Source: Clostridia bacterium (lineage in GTDB: Bacteria > Bacillota > Clostridia > Christensenellales > UBA3700). Taken from it: DNA of 64,000 nt. Location of the stretch: positions 242-64,241 of the forward strand of contig JAIDUT010000058.1 in the NCBI GenBank assembly GCA_029060065.1, given 5' to 3'. A program made the translations under genes and the position numbers. The notes under the pieces are model-generated. The model saw only the letters and a program-made list of their open reading frames with translations, searched no databases and had not been told where the DNA came from. Shown one piece after another: positions 10,250 to 21,220 of the stretch (its first letter is position 1; each line of letters opens with the position of its first letter).

Positions 10250-10308
10250 GCCACAATTCCCCCCTTTTTTCTAAAGTATACCATACGTTATAATTTAAGT
10301 CAATATAC

Positions 10309-10333
10309 AAAAAAACGGAGCTTATCGCTCCGC
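10309..10333 (-). terminator. Rho-independent terminator after rpmF
   Basis: The minus strand reads GCGGAGCGATAAGCTCCG followed by T7. Confidence 0.75.
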
Positions 10334-10355
10334 TTTGATTTTACTAATTATAAGA

Positions 10356-10541
10356 TTAGTTCTTGTTGCTCTTCTCAACAACAAGTTCGCCGTCGTAATA
10401 ACCGCAGTTCGGGCATACTCTGTGGTTTGCCTTCAACTCGTGGCATTGTGGACATGCCGAAAGATTTGGAGCGGTCAACTTCCAATTTGCTGAACGCGTA
10501 TGCTTTCTTTGTTTTGATGTTTTCGCCTTTGGTACTGCCAT
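10356..10541 (-). CDS. rpmF: 50S ribosomal protein L32
   Basis: MAVPKAKTSKQRKHTRSANWK plus the CPQC...CPNCG zinc ribbon identify L32. The start is placed at MAVPK rather than at the upstream in-frame Met. Confidence 0.95.
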   Translation of the reverse strand: MAVPKAKTSKQRKHTRSANWKLTAPNLSACPQCHELKANHRVCPNCGYYDGELVVEKSNKN

Positions 10542-10642
10542 TGCCAACACCTCCATTTCATACTGATAAAATTTATTGCTATTGCATTATAGTTGATTTT
10601 TTTACCTTTGTCAAACAAAATGCAAAAGTTTTATATTTTATT

Positions 10643-11845
10643 TTAGAGCGCTTGTACTATTTCCTTTGTTTCTCTAGCAATAACTAGTTCTTCATTGGTA
10701 GGAATGACGAGAATTGCCACTTTGCTATCCTTTGCGCTCACGTCTGCAAAACTTCCTCTTGGAGCGCTTGAATTGACCTTAGCGTCAATCTTCATGCCCA
10801 AGAATTCCATATCTTCAGATACCGATTGACGAATACCGTCGCCGTTCTCGCCTATACCGCCGGTGAATACAACCGCGTCAAGTCCGCCCATAGCAACCGC
10901 ATACGAGCCGATAAGTTTGCGAATCTGATAAGCAAACATATCGTAAGCGAGTTTTGCCCTCTCATTTCCCTCTTTGATAGCTTCGCCGAGTTTTCTGAAG
11001 TCGGAACTTACTCCGCTCACGCCGAGGAATCCGCTCTTCTTATTAAGGTAATTGCTCATATCGTCAAGGGACATTCCCTTTGCTTTTGCAAGCATAATTA
11101 CTGCGGCAGCGTCGATGTTTCCGCATCTTGTGCCCATAATCATACCTTCAAGCGGTGTCATACCCATTGAGGTATCGATACATTTCCCATCCTTTACTGC
11201 AGTAACTGATGAGCCGTTGCCAAGGTGACAGGTGACGATTTTAGCGCAAGGTTTATTTTTAGATTTGAGATAATTGATTGCTTCTTGAGATACGAATTTG
11301 TGCGACGTACCGTGAAAACCGTATTTGCGAATCTTCGTAGCTTGATAGTCCTCATAAGGTATTGCGTACATCTTTGCCTTATCGGGCATCGTGCTGTGGA
11401 AAGCCGTGTCGAATACTACCACGTTAGGACAATCGACTATTGACATACAAGACTTAAGACAGGCAAGACTTGCAGGATTGTGCAGTGGAGCAAGCGTAAC
11501 TATCTCCTCGAGCTTTTTGAGCGCTTCTTTGTCGACGTAAGACGACTTCGTAAAGGCTTCGCCCGAGTGGACTACTCTGTGACCTATCGCGCTTATTTCT
11601 TTCGGCGAAGAAATGCTTCCGTATTCTTTGTTCGTCAAGCACTCCATTACAAGATTAAAAGCGTCGGTATGGTCTGCAAGCGGTCTTTCAACCACGTACG
11701 ACTTTCCGTCGACTTTGTGCGTATTCTTCGAGCCTTCGATTCCTATACACTCGACTGTACCCTTGCAAATTACTTCCTCTTTTGTCATTTCGATAAGCTG
11801 ATACTTAAGAGAAGAACTTCCTGCGTTGACAACCAATATTTTCAT
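10643..11845 (-). CDS. ackA: Acetate kinase
   Basis: MKILVVNAGSSSLKYQL and GFHGTSH are acetate kinase signatures. Confidence 0.97.
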   Translation of the reverse strand: MKILVVNAGSSSLKYQLIEMTKEEVICKGTVECIGIEGSKNTHKVDGKSYVVERPLADHTDAFNLVMECLTNKEYGSISSPKEISAIGHRVVHSGEAFTKSSYVDKEALKKLEEIVTLAPLHNPASLACLKSCMSIVDCPNVVVFDTAFHSTMPDKAKMYAIPYEDYQATKIRKYGFHGTSHKFVSQEAINYLKSKNKPCAKIVTCHLGNGSSVTAVKDGKCIDTSMGMTPLEGMIMGTRCGNIDAAAVIMLAKAKGMSLDDMSNYLNKKSGFLGVSGVSSDFRKLGEAIKEGNERAKLAYDMFAYQIRKLIGSYAVAMGGLDAVVFTGGIGENGDGIRQSVSEDMEFLGMKIDAKVNSSAPRGSFADVSAKDSKVAILVIPTNEELVIARETKEIVQAL

Positions 11846-11876
11846 AAATTACTCCTTATAATACGATACTTAAATT

Positions 11877-12872
11877 TTAATTTTGACTAGCCTGTACCGC
11901 CGTGATTGCCACGACCGCTACTATATCGTCGCTCGTACAACCTCTTGAAAGGTCGTTGATAGGCTTTGCAAAGCCTTGACAAATCGGTCCGATTGCCGTA
12001 GCTCCGCTAAATCTCTGAGTGAGTTTGTAGCCGATATTACCCGATTGTAAATCTGGGAATATAAACACGTTAGCCTTACCGGCTACGTCGCTACCGGGAG
12101 CTTTAAGTCTGCCTACGGAAGGCACGATTGCCGCATCTACCTGCAATTCTCCGTCTACCTCTATCTCAGGAGCTTTCTCCTTTACTAGTTTGGTAGCTTC
12201 TACTACCTTGTCTACGAATTCGTGCTTAGCGCTACCCTTGGTAGAGAATGAAAGCATTGCTACTTTAGGTTCGTTTATACCTGCAAGTTCTCTTGCCGTA
12301 GCCGTAGAAGAAATCGCGATGTCTGCGAGTTGCTCAGCCGTAGGATTAATATTTACAGCGCAGTCGCCGAATACCATTATATCTTGGTCTTTATACGGCG
12401 TGCCCTCGAAAGCCATAAGGAAACAGCTCGAAACCGTCTTTATTCCCGGCTTGGTCTTTACGATTGTAAGTCCCGACCTCAACACATTGCCTGTAGAGTT
12501 GATTGCGCCTGCGACCATACCGTCGGCGTCGCCTTTCTTAATCATCATTGCGCCATAATTGAGGTATTTTCTGATTTCCGTCTTAGCAACGTCCAAAGTC
12601 ATCCCCTTTGCCTTTCTCAATTCGTAAAGCGTGTTGGCGTAATCTTCTATATCTGCAGTCAAAGGATTGACTATCTTTATACCGTCAAAGTTTGCGTGCG
12701 GATACATTACTTTCAATTTATCTTCGTCGCCAAGAAGAATAACGTTGGCAATTTTATTGTGCACGATAGTTTGCGCCGCTTCGACGGTACGAGGTTCTTC
12801 ACCCTCCGCTAAGACTATGGTCTTGCCAAGTTTTTTTGCCTTATCAATAATGCTGTCGATAATTTTGCTCAT
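11877..12872 (-). CDS. pta: Phosphate acetyltransferase
   Basis: The 331-aa PTA_PTB family protein contains [11 protein letters not shown] and DLSRGCS. It lies adjacent to ackA. Confidence 0.95.
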   Translation of the reverse strand: MSKIIDSIIDKAKKLGKTIVLAEGEEPRTVEAAQTIVHNKIANVILLGDEDKLKVMYPHANFDGIKIVNPLTADIEDYANTLYELRKAKGMTLDVAKTEIRKYLNYGAMMIKKGDADGMVAGAINSTGNVLRSGLTIVKTKPGIKTVSSCFLMAFEGTPYKDQDIMVFGDCAVNINPTAEQLADIAISSTATARELAGINEPKVAMLSFSTKGSAKHEFVDKVVEATKLVKEKAPEIEVDGELQVDAAIVPSVGRLKAPGSDVAGKANVFIFPDLQSGNIGYKLTQRFSGATAIGPICQGFAKPINDLSRGCTSDDIVAVVAITAVQASQN

Positions 12873-13006
12873 CTCACTGCCTCCAAATCACTTTATTTTT
12901 CGTTGTGATTGCTATATAATTAATTTATGTTAAAGTTTTACGCTACTTTGCACGGCTTTAGTATACTCTTTATAGAAAAAATTGTAAAGAGATTAAGGAG
13001 CAAAAA

Positions 13007-14143
13007 ATGAAAATTGCCGTCATAATTTGCGAATACAATCCCCTGCAAAAGGGACACGTCTACCATATCTCTCGCGCTTTGAAAGAGTGCGCAGATAGCG
13101 TAATTTGCATTATGAGCGGTAATTTTACCCAAAGAGGTCAACTGACTATAGCCGATAAATACAAGCGCGCCGAATGGGCAATTAAAAGCGGAGCCGATAT
13201 GGTAGTCGAACTTCCGCCTCAGTACGTCTTGACTACAGCGAAGTATTTTGCCCTCGGAGGAGTAAAAATCGCGGATAAAATTAAAGGCGAAGTAACTCTT
13301 TCGTTCGGAAGCGAGCTGGGCGATATAAAGACTTTGCAAGATATTGCATTGTTACAAGAAGACGAAATTTTTACGGCTAACCTCGACAAAGAGCTCAAAG
13401 CCGGCAACGGCTATGCAAAAAGCTATGCAAACGCGCTTGCCAAAACTCACCCTTTCTACGCTCAAGTTATATCTACTCCCAACAATATTTTGGCAGTAGA
13501 ATATCTCAAAGCGCTTAATGACGTTCAATCTGCTATCACTCCGCATACGATAGCAAGAATAGGCGGAGGTTATCACCAGACTTCCGTAGACGAATACCCG
13601 TCGGCAAGTTGTGTACGTCAGCTGTGGCAAAACTCTGATTTGCAAGCAATATCCCATGGCGTACCGCCATACGTTTTAGATTATCTTAAAGAGCTATCCC
13701 CAACGCATTTGCAAGTCGCAAACGATAAGTTGTTTTCTCTATTAAAATTCAATATCGCCAATATTGATTTAACAGCTATCCACGGCGTGAAAGAAGGTAT
13801 AGAAAACAGGATTATCTCTACGCTAAAAAGTAGCGTATCTTGGCAAGAACTGCTTGAAAAACTTTCCACCAAGAGGTATACCGACGCGTACTTACATCGA
13901 ACTTTAATAAATATGCTTCTCTGCAATACCTATTCGGCATACGACTTGCAAAACGATGACGTAGACTACGTTAACGTACTTGCCGTGGAAAAGGATAAAA
14001 AACATTTGCTCTCTTGCTTTGATTGTCAAGTAATTACAAAGTCAATAGAACTTCACCGCGATAGCTTGATAAAGCGCGCAGACAGCCTTTACTCTAGCGT
14101 TACCGAAAATATTCCCGATAGAACGCAAATTATATCAAGATAA
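13007..14143 (+). CDS. tmcAL: tRNA(Met) cytidine acetate ligase (YlbM/UPF0348 nucleotidyltransferase family)
   Basis: The N-terminus is IICEYNPLQKGHVYHI (HxGH-type nucleotidyltransferase). The ~380-aa length and ylb-cluster synteny fit. Confidence 0.8.
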   Translation: MKIAVIICEYNPLQKGHVYHISRALKECADSVICIMSGNFTQRGQLTIADKYKRAEWAIKSGADMVVELPPQYVLTTAKYFALGGVKIADKIKGEVTLSFGSELGDIKTLQDIALLQEDEIFTANLDKELKAGNGYAKSYANALAKTHPFYAQVISTPNNILAVEYLKALNDVQSAITPHTIARIGGGYHQTSVDEYPSASCVRQLWQNSDLQAISHGVPPYVLDYLKELSPTHLQVANDKLFSLLKFNIANIDLTAIHGVKEGIENRIISTLKSSVSWQELLEKLSTKRYTDAYLHRTLINMLLCNTYSAYDLQNDDVDYVNVLAVEKDKKHLLSCFDCQVITKSIELHRDSLIKRADSLYSSVTENIPDRTQIISR

Positions 14144-14182
14144 ACGCAATACTCAGTAAATAATTCAAAGCCTTACGGGGCA

Positions 14183-15214
14183 ATGAAATATCATATTTCC
14201 TCTTCATTTGCCATATATTTTTATATGTTTACTCTCACTAAAAAGGCAAAAAAAGCTCTACCCTTTTCACTGATAATATGCTTTTTTATATGCTGTCTTG
14301 TAATAAATCCGCAAAGGTATATTCAAAGTATCTTCAGCGGTATGCTACTTTTTACTAAAAACGTAGCACCAGCGCTCTTTCCGTTCTTCTTTTTCACAAA
14401 ACTTCTTACGGGGCTAGGTGGAGCAAGCGCGCTGGGAAAGGCTCTCAAAAAGCCCGTAGCAAGATTATACAATGCTCCACCCGAGAGCGGATATATACTC
14501 GTAATGAGTTTAATTTCGGGATACCCTATAGGCGCAAAACTTATCAGCGACTTTTATGAAAACGGTAACTTCACGATAGACAACTGCAAAAAAGTATCGT
14601 CTTTCACGTCTACTTCAGGTCCGCTATTCGTAGTGGGGACCGTGGGTACGCTAATGCTGTCGTCTCCCAAGGCGGGTTACGTTCTTTTCCTGTGTCATGC
14701 CTTAGGCGCGCTAATCAACGGTTTAATATACCGCGGTCGCAAGAGCGAGAATAAACTTATGTCGATGCCGTCTACTCAAGACGACGATAACCTACTAAAC
14801 AAATCTATAACCTCTTCTATTCTCTCAGTCCTCGTCGTAGGCGGATATATAGCCATTTTCAGTATGATAATAGACATTGCAATAGATTTGAAAATAGTCG
14901 ACGGCTTGGCTTTTTTGCTTGCAAAACCGCTATCGCTCTTTAATATATCTCAAGAAATCGCCCAGGCTACCGTAATATCGTTTATCGAAATTACCAGAGG
15001 ATGTCAGGCTTTTGCGCAAAGCGGAGTAAGTATGAAAATAATCCTGCCGTTTATTGCAGGACTACTCTCGTTCGGCGGTCTTTCAATCACCTTTCAATCT
15101 TTGACTTTTCTCAAAAGTTGTAAGGTCAAGACCTCGTATTATCTACTCGTTAAACTCACCCAAGCTATCGTAACTTTCGTCATTTCGCTTGGAATAGTAC
15201 AAATCTTTTATTGA
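14183..15214 (+). CDS. ylbJ: YlbJ-like nucleoside-recognition-domain integral membrane protein (sporulation membrane protein family)
   Basis: It is a multi-TM protein with LISGYPIGAKL and SGPLFVVGTVG motifs, in synteny with tmcAL and rsmD/coaD. The true start may be the internal Met at 14225. Confidence 0.7.
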   Translation: MKYHISSSFAIYFYMFTLTKKAKKALPFSLIICFFICCLVINPQRYIQSIFSGMLLFTKNVAPALFPFFFFTKLLTGLGGASALGKALKKPVARLYNAPPESGYILVMSLISGYPIGAKLISDFYENGNFTIDNCKKVSSFTSTSGPLFVVGTVGTLMLSSPKAGYVLFLCHALGALINGLIYRGRKSENKLMSMPSTQDDDNLLNKSITSSILSVLVVGGYIAIFSMIIDIAIDLKIVDGLAFLLAKPLSLFNISQEIAQATVISFIEITRGCQAFAQSGVSMKIILPFIAGLLSFGGLSITFQSLTFLKSCKVKTSYYLLVKLTQAIVTFVISLGIVQIFY

Positions 15215-15693
15215 TTACCGCTCTCGCCGTCTGCGTTTTCGTCGGCGACATAAAGACTGTTGCGCTTAGAATATACCTTATTGAGCATATCTCTCATAGA
15301 ATTCTCCACGTCTAAATAAAGCGAATTGACTTGCTCATAGCTCTGTTCGACGAGATTATCGGCGTACGCTCCGGCATTGTTTACCAGTTCGCTTGCCTGC
15401 ATTTGCGCTTCTCTCATTATCTCGCTTTCGGCGACAAGGCGCATTGCCTCTTGCTTTGCTTCCTCGATAATACTCTGCGCTTCTTTTTCCGCTTCGGCTT
15501 TGATATTATCGCAATCGCGCAGTAACACGGTCGCTTCCGCAAGTTCGTTGGGAAGCTGATTTCTTATCTGTTGCAATATACCTAGACACGTATTGGCGTC
15601 GACAAGTCGCATGTTGGAAAACATCTGCTTTTTTCCGTTGTTTACAGTTTCTTCCAACCTATCCAAAAGTCTGCTTATCGTCATTGTATTCAT
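15208..15693 (-). CDS. Hypothetical coiled-coil protein
   Basis: The 161-aa ORF has a Glu/Ala/Lys-rich heptad region (KAEAEKEAQSIIEEAKQEAMRLVAESE). It is translationally coupled to the upstream rsmD-coaD gene by a 4-nt overlap. Confidence 0.6.
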   Translation of the reverse strand: MNTMTISRLLDRLEETVNNGKKQMFSNMRLVDANTCLGILQQIRNQLPNELAEATVLLRDCDNIKAEAEKEAQSIIEEAKQEAMRLVAESEIMREAQMQASELVNNAGAYADNLVEQSYEQVNSLYLDVENSMRDMLNKVYSKRNSLYVADENADGESGNQ

Positions 15694-16688
15694 AGTTTCT
15701 CCTTATAAGCCTTGACCACCGCTCTTGCTACGCCGTCAGGCAAATATTTTTTTATATCCTCGCTCGTTTTGAGTTTTTCTCTTATCAGCGAAGAAGAGAT
15801 TTCTCTTATACCTTCTACAAGTATGGTATGCAAGCCGTGTTCTTCGTTAAACTTAGCCATATCCTGCTCGTATTCAAGGTCGCCGGCGTTACGATACCCT
15901 CTAAATACTGTATTTATATCGTTGTTTTTACAATACTCGTATACGTATCCGTCGCATACGTCAACCGTTACGTTTAGATAGTCCTTAACCGCGAGTTTGG
16001 CAAATTCAACTCTCTCTTCCAAGGAAAACAGATATTGCTTGTCCGGATTGCAGGCAAGCAGTATTACCGCCTCGTCATAAATATCAAGAGCCTTATCCAG
16101 TACGTCCAAGTGCCCCTTTGTAATGGGGTCGTAACTCCCTGCCAAAGCCGTCTTACCTCTCGACTTTGCAATAAAGTCTACGGTAACTATTCCAAATCCT
16201 TTTCGCTTGGCGATACACATGCCTTTTGGCAAAGTATATTCTTTGTCTGAATGTTCGTATATGATATAACCGCCGTCGGCGAGCAAATCTTTTTCCTTGA
16301 CGATTTGGCAGATACTCTCGATATAATCGCTTTTATATGGCGGGTCTACGAAGATAAAATCCCACTTGCCATCTGCCGTAAACAATGTATCCCGCCAATC
16401 GCGATTGACAACTTTATGGTTTTTGGATATTCCCTTAAGGTTGCCTTGCGTGAGAGATACCGACGATTTGCTCACGTCGGAAAAAAGCGTATAACTTGCG
16501 CCTCGGCTAATTGCCTCAATTCCTATAGAACCGCTACCGCAAAACAAGTCGAGAAATCTACTGCCTGCTATATCGAATTGAATGACGTTGAAGATACTCT
16601 CTTTGACTTTGTCGCCTGTGGGGCGCACGTCGTTGCCTATTGGAGGATTGAGCCTTTTACCTCTGTATTTTCCGCTTATTACTCTCAT
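15690..16688 (-). CDS. coaD: Fusion protein: 16S rRNA m2G966 methyltransferase RsmD (N-terminal) plus phosphopantetheine adenylyltransferase CoaD (C-terminal)
   Basis: The N-terminal part (RVISGKYRGKRL, LDLFCGSGSIGIEA, FVDPPY) is RsmD. The C-terminal part (ALAGSYDPITKGHLDVL...ISSSLIRE) is CoaD. It is a single uninterrupted 332-aa ORF. Confidence 0.9.
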   Translation of the reverse strand: MRVISGKYRGKRLNPPIGNDVRPTGDKVKESIFNVIQFDIAGSRFLDLFCGSGSIGIEAISRGASYTLFSDVSKSSVSLTQGNLKGISKNHKVVNRDWRDTLFTADGKWDFIFVDPPYKSDYIESICQIVKEKDLLADGGYIIYEHSDKEYTLPKGMCIAKRKGFGIVTVDFIAKSRGKTALAGSYDPITKGHLDVLDKALDIYDEAVILLACNPDKQYLFSLEERVEFAKLAVKDYLNVTVDVCDGYVYEYCKNNDINTVFRGYRNAGDLEYEQDMAKFNEEHGLHTILVEGIREISSSLIREKLKTSEDIKKYLPDGVARAVVKAYKEKL

Positions 16689-16706
16689 ACTTTATAGGAC
16701 TGCTCC

Positions 16707-17249
16707 TTAAGATTCTTTGCCGATTATGCTGTGGGGTGTGATCACCAAATCAAGAGGCTTGTCCCATTCGTCGCAAATAACTTCGTCCAGTATCTGTTCT
16801 TCAAATGCAAGTCCGACTTTGAATGTATCTACGCTTGCAAAATATCTGTCGTAATACCCTTTGCCTTTGCCAAGTCTGTTGAGCTTTTTATCCACTCCCA
16901 AAAGCGGTGTTACTGTCACGGCAGGTCTGACGTCATTTGGCAACAGTCTTTCGCCTAAAGGCTCTAAAATACCCCAACTGCCCGCTTGATATTCTGTATT
17001 CTTATCCACATTGACTAGCAATATATTATCGCCGTCCACGACAGGCAGATATACCTGCCGACTTTTGCAAAAATACTCAATAATGACCTTGGTATCTACT
17101 TCGCTAGGCAAAGAATTGTATATGCATATACTTCCGCTTGGCAAGGGCGTGTCTTGCAAAATATTTGCAATTCGTTCGCTTTGCTTTGACTTGTCGGGGA
17201 TATTTGCAACAATAGCTCTCAAAGCCTTTCTTTGCGATACCTTATCCAT
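16707..17249 (-). CDS. 5-formyltetrahydrofolate cyclo-ligase
   Basis: It carries the family motif GKGKGYYDRYF and the length (~180 aa) fits. Confidence 0.85.
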   Translation of the reverse strand: MDKVSQRKALRAIVANIPDKSKQSERIANILQDTPLPSGSICIYNSLPSEVDTKVIIEYFCKSRQVYLPVVDGDNILLVNVDKNTEYQAGSWGILEPLGERLLPNDVRPAVTVTPLLGVDKKLNRLGKGKGYYDRYFASVDTFKVGLAFEEQILDEVICDEWDKPLDLVITPHSIIGKES

Positions 17250-19505
17250 TTAATTTTTTGCCTTATAATAGTTAATTAAACAACCTCTTGAGATAATCTC
17301 TCTCTCATCTGCCGTCAATGCGTCTACCGTCAAAACAGTGTCAATTACTTTATCACCGCGTACTATCTTTGCGTTAAACTCGCAACCGCCGTTGTCGATA
17401 GTATTCTTGACGTCGTATACGACTAATATATCGTCGTCTTGATAACTCTCTTGAGAGAGGAATGGTAGCATACCCCAATTTATGAGGTTGGAGCGATATC
17501 TCTTGGTTGCATACTCCTTGGCGATATTACATACTCCGCCAAGCACTCTTTGACAGCTTGCCGCCTGCTCTCTTGCGCTTCCGTCACCCGGTTTTACCGC
17601 ATACACACCGCTTCCGATAGATACGCTACCTTTGAGTTGTACGCCGGCTTTCTTAACTGCATCGAGGTATTCTCCGCCAAGTCCGTTATTTCTTCTATCC
17701 AACTCGCCTTCAAATACTTTCTTAGCTTTGCCAACGTAGTCGGGGCATTTTCTTGAAAGCGCAAACTCTGCAAGTTTCATTGGGTTGGAACGGTAACTCG
17801 ACGTTTCTCCCGACGGAATAAGTTCGTCGGTAGTGGTCACAGGGTCGTTGATGACCGCGCTTAGTTTAACTACGATATTGTCCGTCAACTCAATTACTTC
17901 CGGCCAGTCGCAGATATTCGGACCGTACTCGAGATTTGCGTCTTTATCGGCCTTTCCCCAGCCGTTATAGACCCTCTTTTCATAAATTGATTTATCATAT
18001 TCAAAAGCAGGAATCGTATTGTCGTAGTCCATATCCATTGCGCTGGTAAGTACTCCGCCGTTCGACGCCGTTGCCGCAATAGAACGCGCGTCCATAAGAG
18101 CGACAGACGCAATCTGACCGCCGGCAGGTTTGCTTCCCTCTCTCGACTCAAAGTTGCGAGTAGTATGTCTAATAGACAATGCGTTGTTGGCAGGTACGTC
18201 ACCTGCGCCGAAGCAAGGACCGCAGAAAGCACTCTTTACGTTGGCTCCGCTCTTGACAAGCTGAGCGATTGCGCCCTTCTTGAGCAAGTCGTAATATACA
18301 GGCGTAGATGACGGATATACGCTCAACGTAAACTTACCGTCGCCCACGGCTTTGTCTTTAAGTATCGCGCTGGCTTCGATAATATTGTCGTACGTACCGC
18401 CTGCGCAACCTGCAATGATACCCTGCTCAACTCTTACCTTTCCGTCTACGACTTTGTCAGTCAACTTGAATTTAATTTTATTGTTGTTGAGAAGTTCGTT
18501 GCACTTCTTCTCTACCGCCGAAAGTATGTCCATTGGATTGTCTATAACGTCTTGTAAATTATATACGTTGGACGGGTGGAAAGGAAGAGCGATTTGCGGA
18601 ACTACCTTTGACAAATCCACTTCTACTACGCCGTCGTAATAAGCCAGTTTTTGCGGAGTAATCACAGCGTAATCGTCATGTCTGCCTCTCACGCCGTAGT
18701 AATTCTTTACTTCATTATCGTCAGTTGTCCATATAGACGTCAAACAAGTCGTTTCCGTCGTCATTACGTCAATGCCTATGCGGTACTCTATCGGCAAGTT
18801 CTTAATGCCATCGCCGACGAATTCCATGACCTTGTTCTTTACAAAACCGCCCTTGAATACTGCGCCTATAATTGCAAGCGCAACGTCTTGCGGACCGACG
18901 CCCTTTCTAGGCGCTCCCGTCAAGTGAATTGCAACGACCTCGGGATACTTTATGTCATACGTACGGCAAAGAAGCTGTTTTACAAGTTCAGGTCCGCCCT
19001 CGCCGACCGCCATAGTTCCCAGCGCGCCGTATCTTGTGTGAGAGTCTGAGCCTAAAATCATCTTACCGCAACCAGACATACATTCGCGCATATAGGTATG
19101 TATTACCGCTTGATGCGGAGGTACGAAAATTCCGCCGTATTTCTTAGCGGCAGACAAGCCGAATACATGGTCGTCCTCGTTGATAGTACCGCCGACGGCG
19201 CAAAGCGAATTATGGCAGTTTGTCAATACGTAAGGGATAGGAAATTCCTTAAGACCGCTTGCCTTTGCCGTCTGAATAATTCCGACGTAGGTAATATCGT
19301 GCGACGCCAATGCGTCGAACTTGATTTGAAGCGGTTGTCCCTTCTGCGTAGTAGGCAAAGTGTTGTGCTTTGCCAAGATACCGTAAGCCATGGTGCCTTT
19401 ATAGGCTTCGTCTATAGATTTAGCGTCTACTCCCATTGCCTTTAATTCGTCCAAAGAAACGAATTTTCCGTCAAGATAATACATTCCTTGCTTTAGTTGT
19501 ATCAT
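17250..19505 (-). CDS. Aconitase-family hydratase (aconitate hydratase-like, ~750 aa)
   Basis: [12 protein letters not shown] is the Fe-S ligand region, and aconitase domains 1-3 plus a swivel domain are present. I prefer the start MIQLKQG at 19505, which has a GGAG RBS. Confidence 0.85.
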   Translation of the reverse strand: MIQLKQGMYYLDGKFVSLDELKAMGVDAKSIDEAYKGTMAYGILAKHNTLPTTQKGQPLQIKFDALASHDITYVGIIQTAKASGLKEFPIPYVLTNCHNSLCAVGGTINEDDHVFGLSAAKKYGGIFVPPHQAVIHTYMRECMSGCGKMILGSDSHTRYGALGTMAVGEGGPELVKQLLCRTYDIKYPEVVAIHLTGAPRKGVGPQDVALAIIGAVFKGGFVKNKVMEFVGDGIKNLPIEYRIGIDVMTTETTCLTSIWTTDDNEVKNYYGVRGRHDDYAVITPQKLAYYDGVVEVDLSKVVPQIALPFHPSNVYNLQDVIDNPMDILSAVEKKCNELLNNNKIKFKLTDKVVDGKVRVEQGIIAGCAGGTYDNIIEASAILKDKAVGDGKFTLSVYPSSTPVYYDLLKKGAIAQLVKSGANVKSAFCGPCFGAGDVPANNALSIRHTTRNFESREGSKPAGGQIASVALMDARSIAATASNGGVLTSAMDMDYDNTIPAFEYDKSIYEKRVYNGWGKADKDANLEYGPNICDWPEVIELTDNIVVKLSAVINDPVTTTDELIPSGETSSYRSNPMKLAEFALSRKCPDYVGKAKKVFEGELDRRNNGLGGEYLDAVKKAGVQLKGSVSIGSGVYAVKPGDGSAREQAASCQRVLGGVCNIAKEYATKRYRSNLINWGMLPFLSQESYQDDDILVVYDVKNTIDNGGCEFNAKIVRGDKVIDTVLTVDALTADEREIISRGCLINYYKAKN

Positions 19506-19672
19506 ATCGTATCTCCAAAAATGATTTGTAGTATTGTTTTTTATTGCTATCACCTTGAGCGAAGCAAAGACTTTTATGCTGTTGAGATTTCTCCACTTCG
19601 GTCGAATGACTTAACACACGCTAGACACGACCGCAAAAATACGGCTGATATATGCGGTTGCTTAACAAATTT

Positions 19673-19701
19673 ATTATAGCCTATATTTTCATATATTGCA
19701 A
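19673..19701 (-). promoter_or_regulatory. Sigma-A-type promoter for the aconitase-family gene
   Basis: The minus strand reads TTGCAA, a 17-nt spacer, then TATAAT. This is about 165 nt upstream of the start codon. Confidence 0.55.
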
Positions 19702-19713
19702 GTCAATGTATAA

Positions 19714-20658
19714 TTACTTGCAGGCTTTTTTTACGACGTACTTTTGGCAAAAACCTATCGGGTGGTAGGACTGCTTGGACTTTCTCAAGCCCTCCAATCC
19801 CATATCCTCTTGGCGATTGATTACTCTCACCTGCCCGAAATGCTTTTGCGCAAAGGCTTGACAAAGATAGGAATACACTCCGTCGTAATTTATATCTCCC
19901 TTTTCAATATGCGTAATTCCCACGTTTGACGGAGTAATTTCGCCCAAAGAAAAGCCTATAATCTTACCCTGATATTCTATCACGTCGGCAAAATAATTAT
20001 CGTATTTTTCCACGAGTTGCAACGCCAAAGCAATTACGCTGATTTCGTCGTTTGCCATTTTGTCAAAATCTTTATCGTCAAACTCTTTACTCTCTTCCCA
20101 ACCGTTGATAAAGGCAAAAACTTTGTCCTTGTCTTCTGCCGTATATGAGCGAAAGACCGTTCCGCCCTCCTCGTTGGGTCTGTACTCCCTAATAAAATTA
20201 TTGACGTGATTGCGCTTGGAGTGCAGTTTTTTACCAGCGTACGTCATAAGACTTTGTGGCTCATAGAGATATTCGGCATAATCTTGATTTAAGATGTACT
20301 CGTAATTATCTCCCAAAATTTCAACGTAATCTTGCGGAGTGGACATTACATAGGTATTCTGACCGTCTGCCCTGCAGACTTCGTCGATTTTGCTATAAGC
20401 GTCTTTAATTTTGTCAATGACGCAAAGCGGAGGAAGATAGATATATCCGTCTTTGACGCCGTCTTCATTGAATTTGTCATGAGGCTTGAATCGCAAATAT
20501 ATTACGCCGTCCTCCTCTGCAATCTGCATGCTTTGGTAATTAAAAAAGTCCCAACCTTTGAGATAAAGGAGAGAATATTCACTGCCGTCATAGTTAGTGA
20601 GCTTTTGAATACTCGCTATATTTGAAAAGTCTTCGTCTTTAATTGCTCTAAATAGCAT
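19714..20658 (-). CDS. DUF2156-like protein (fold related to the aminoacyl-tRNA-dependent transferase domain of MprF)
   Basis: At 314 aa, its length and N-terminal pattern (YLKGWDFFNY...IYLRF) recall DUF2156. The family assignment is from memory only. Confidence 0.45.
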   Translation of the reverse strand: MLFRAIKDEDFSNIASIQKLTNYDGSEYSLLYLKGWDFFNYQSMQIAEEDGVIYLRFKPHDKFNEDGVKDGYIYLPPLCVIDKIKDAYSKIDEVCRADGQNTYVMSTPQDYVEILGDNYEYILNQDYAEYLYEPQSLMTYAGKKLHSKRNHVNNFIREYRPNEEGGTVFRSYTAEDKDKVFAFINGWEESKEFDDKDFDKMANDEISVIALALQLVEKYDNYFADVIEYQGKIIGFSLGEITPSNVGITHIEKGDINYDGVYSYLCQAFAQKHFGQVRVINRQEDMGLEGLRKSKQSYHPIGFCQKYVVKKACK

Positions 20659-20710
20659 AATTTCCTTATTTTTAGTTGTACGTATTATGATTTGTGTGTA
20701 TAATTGAAGT

Positions 20711-21220
20711 ATGAAAAAATTTTATCCTTTCAAACAAAAATCTTGGATATATATTCTCTCTATACTTGCAATTATTATATTGATAATTTTTATGATTGTC
20801 AAGATTTTAAGCGTTGCAGGCGTAGGTAATTTGGTATCCTATCATCACACGGAAGACATAGTCGCAATAGTCATAATGGGCGTAGTCGCGATAATTCTGG
20901 CAATATTCGTTTTCTTATGCGGATTAAGTCTTGGCAAAAATCACGTATTCTACGTAATGGGCTTTTTGGTAGAGCGCATCAAATACGAAGATATAATTGT
21001 GGTAAATATGGATACCGCAGGCGAATTTATGTTGATATATTACAAGGTCAAAAGACGCGGTATGGTCAAGGATAAAAAGACGGGACTTAACGCCGACGTT
21101 ATCATGGTCAACTGCAAAAACCAATACTTTGACAATATTATCGACGGATTGAGAAAGAAACATCCTTCTATCGTCGTAGAATTTGTCACCGCGCCACCAA
21201 AAGGAGTACGTAAAAGATGA
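20711..21220 (+). CDS. Hypothetical membrane protein (2 TM segments)
   Basis: The 169-aa ORF has two hydrophobic helices near the N-terminus. It overlaps the rdgB start by 4 nt. Confidence 0.6.
   Translation: MKKFYPFKQKSWIYILSILAIIILIIFMIVKILSVAGVGNLVSYHHTEDIVAIVIMGVVAIILAIFVFLCGLSLGKNHVFYVMGFLVERIKYEDIIVVNMDTAGEFMLIYYKVKRRGMVKDKKTGLNADVIMVNCKNQYFDNIIDGLRKKHPSIVVEFVTAPPKGVRKR

Noticed and set aside
12938-13339. A 133-aa minus ORF overlapping the tmcAL 5' region.
   Set aside because: It is antisense to a gene with clear family motifs, and it has no RBS or recognisable domain.
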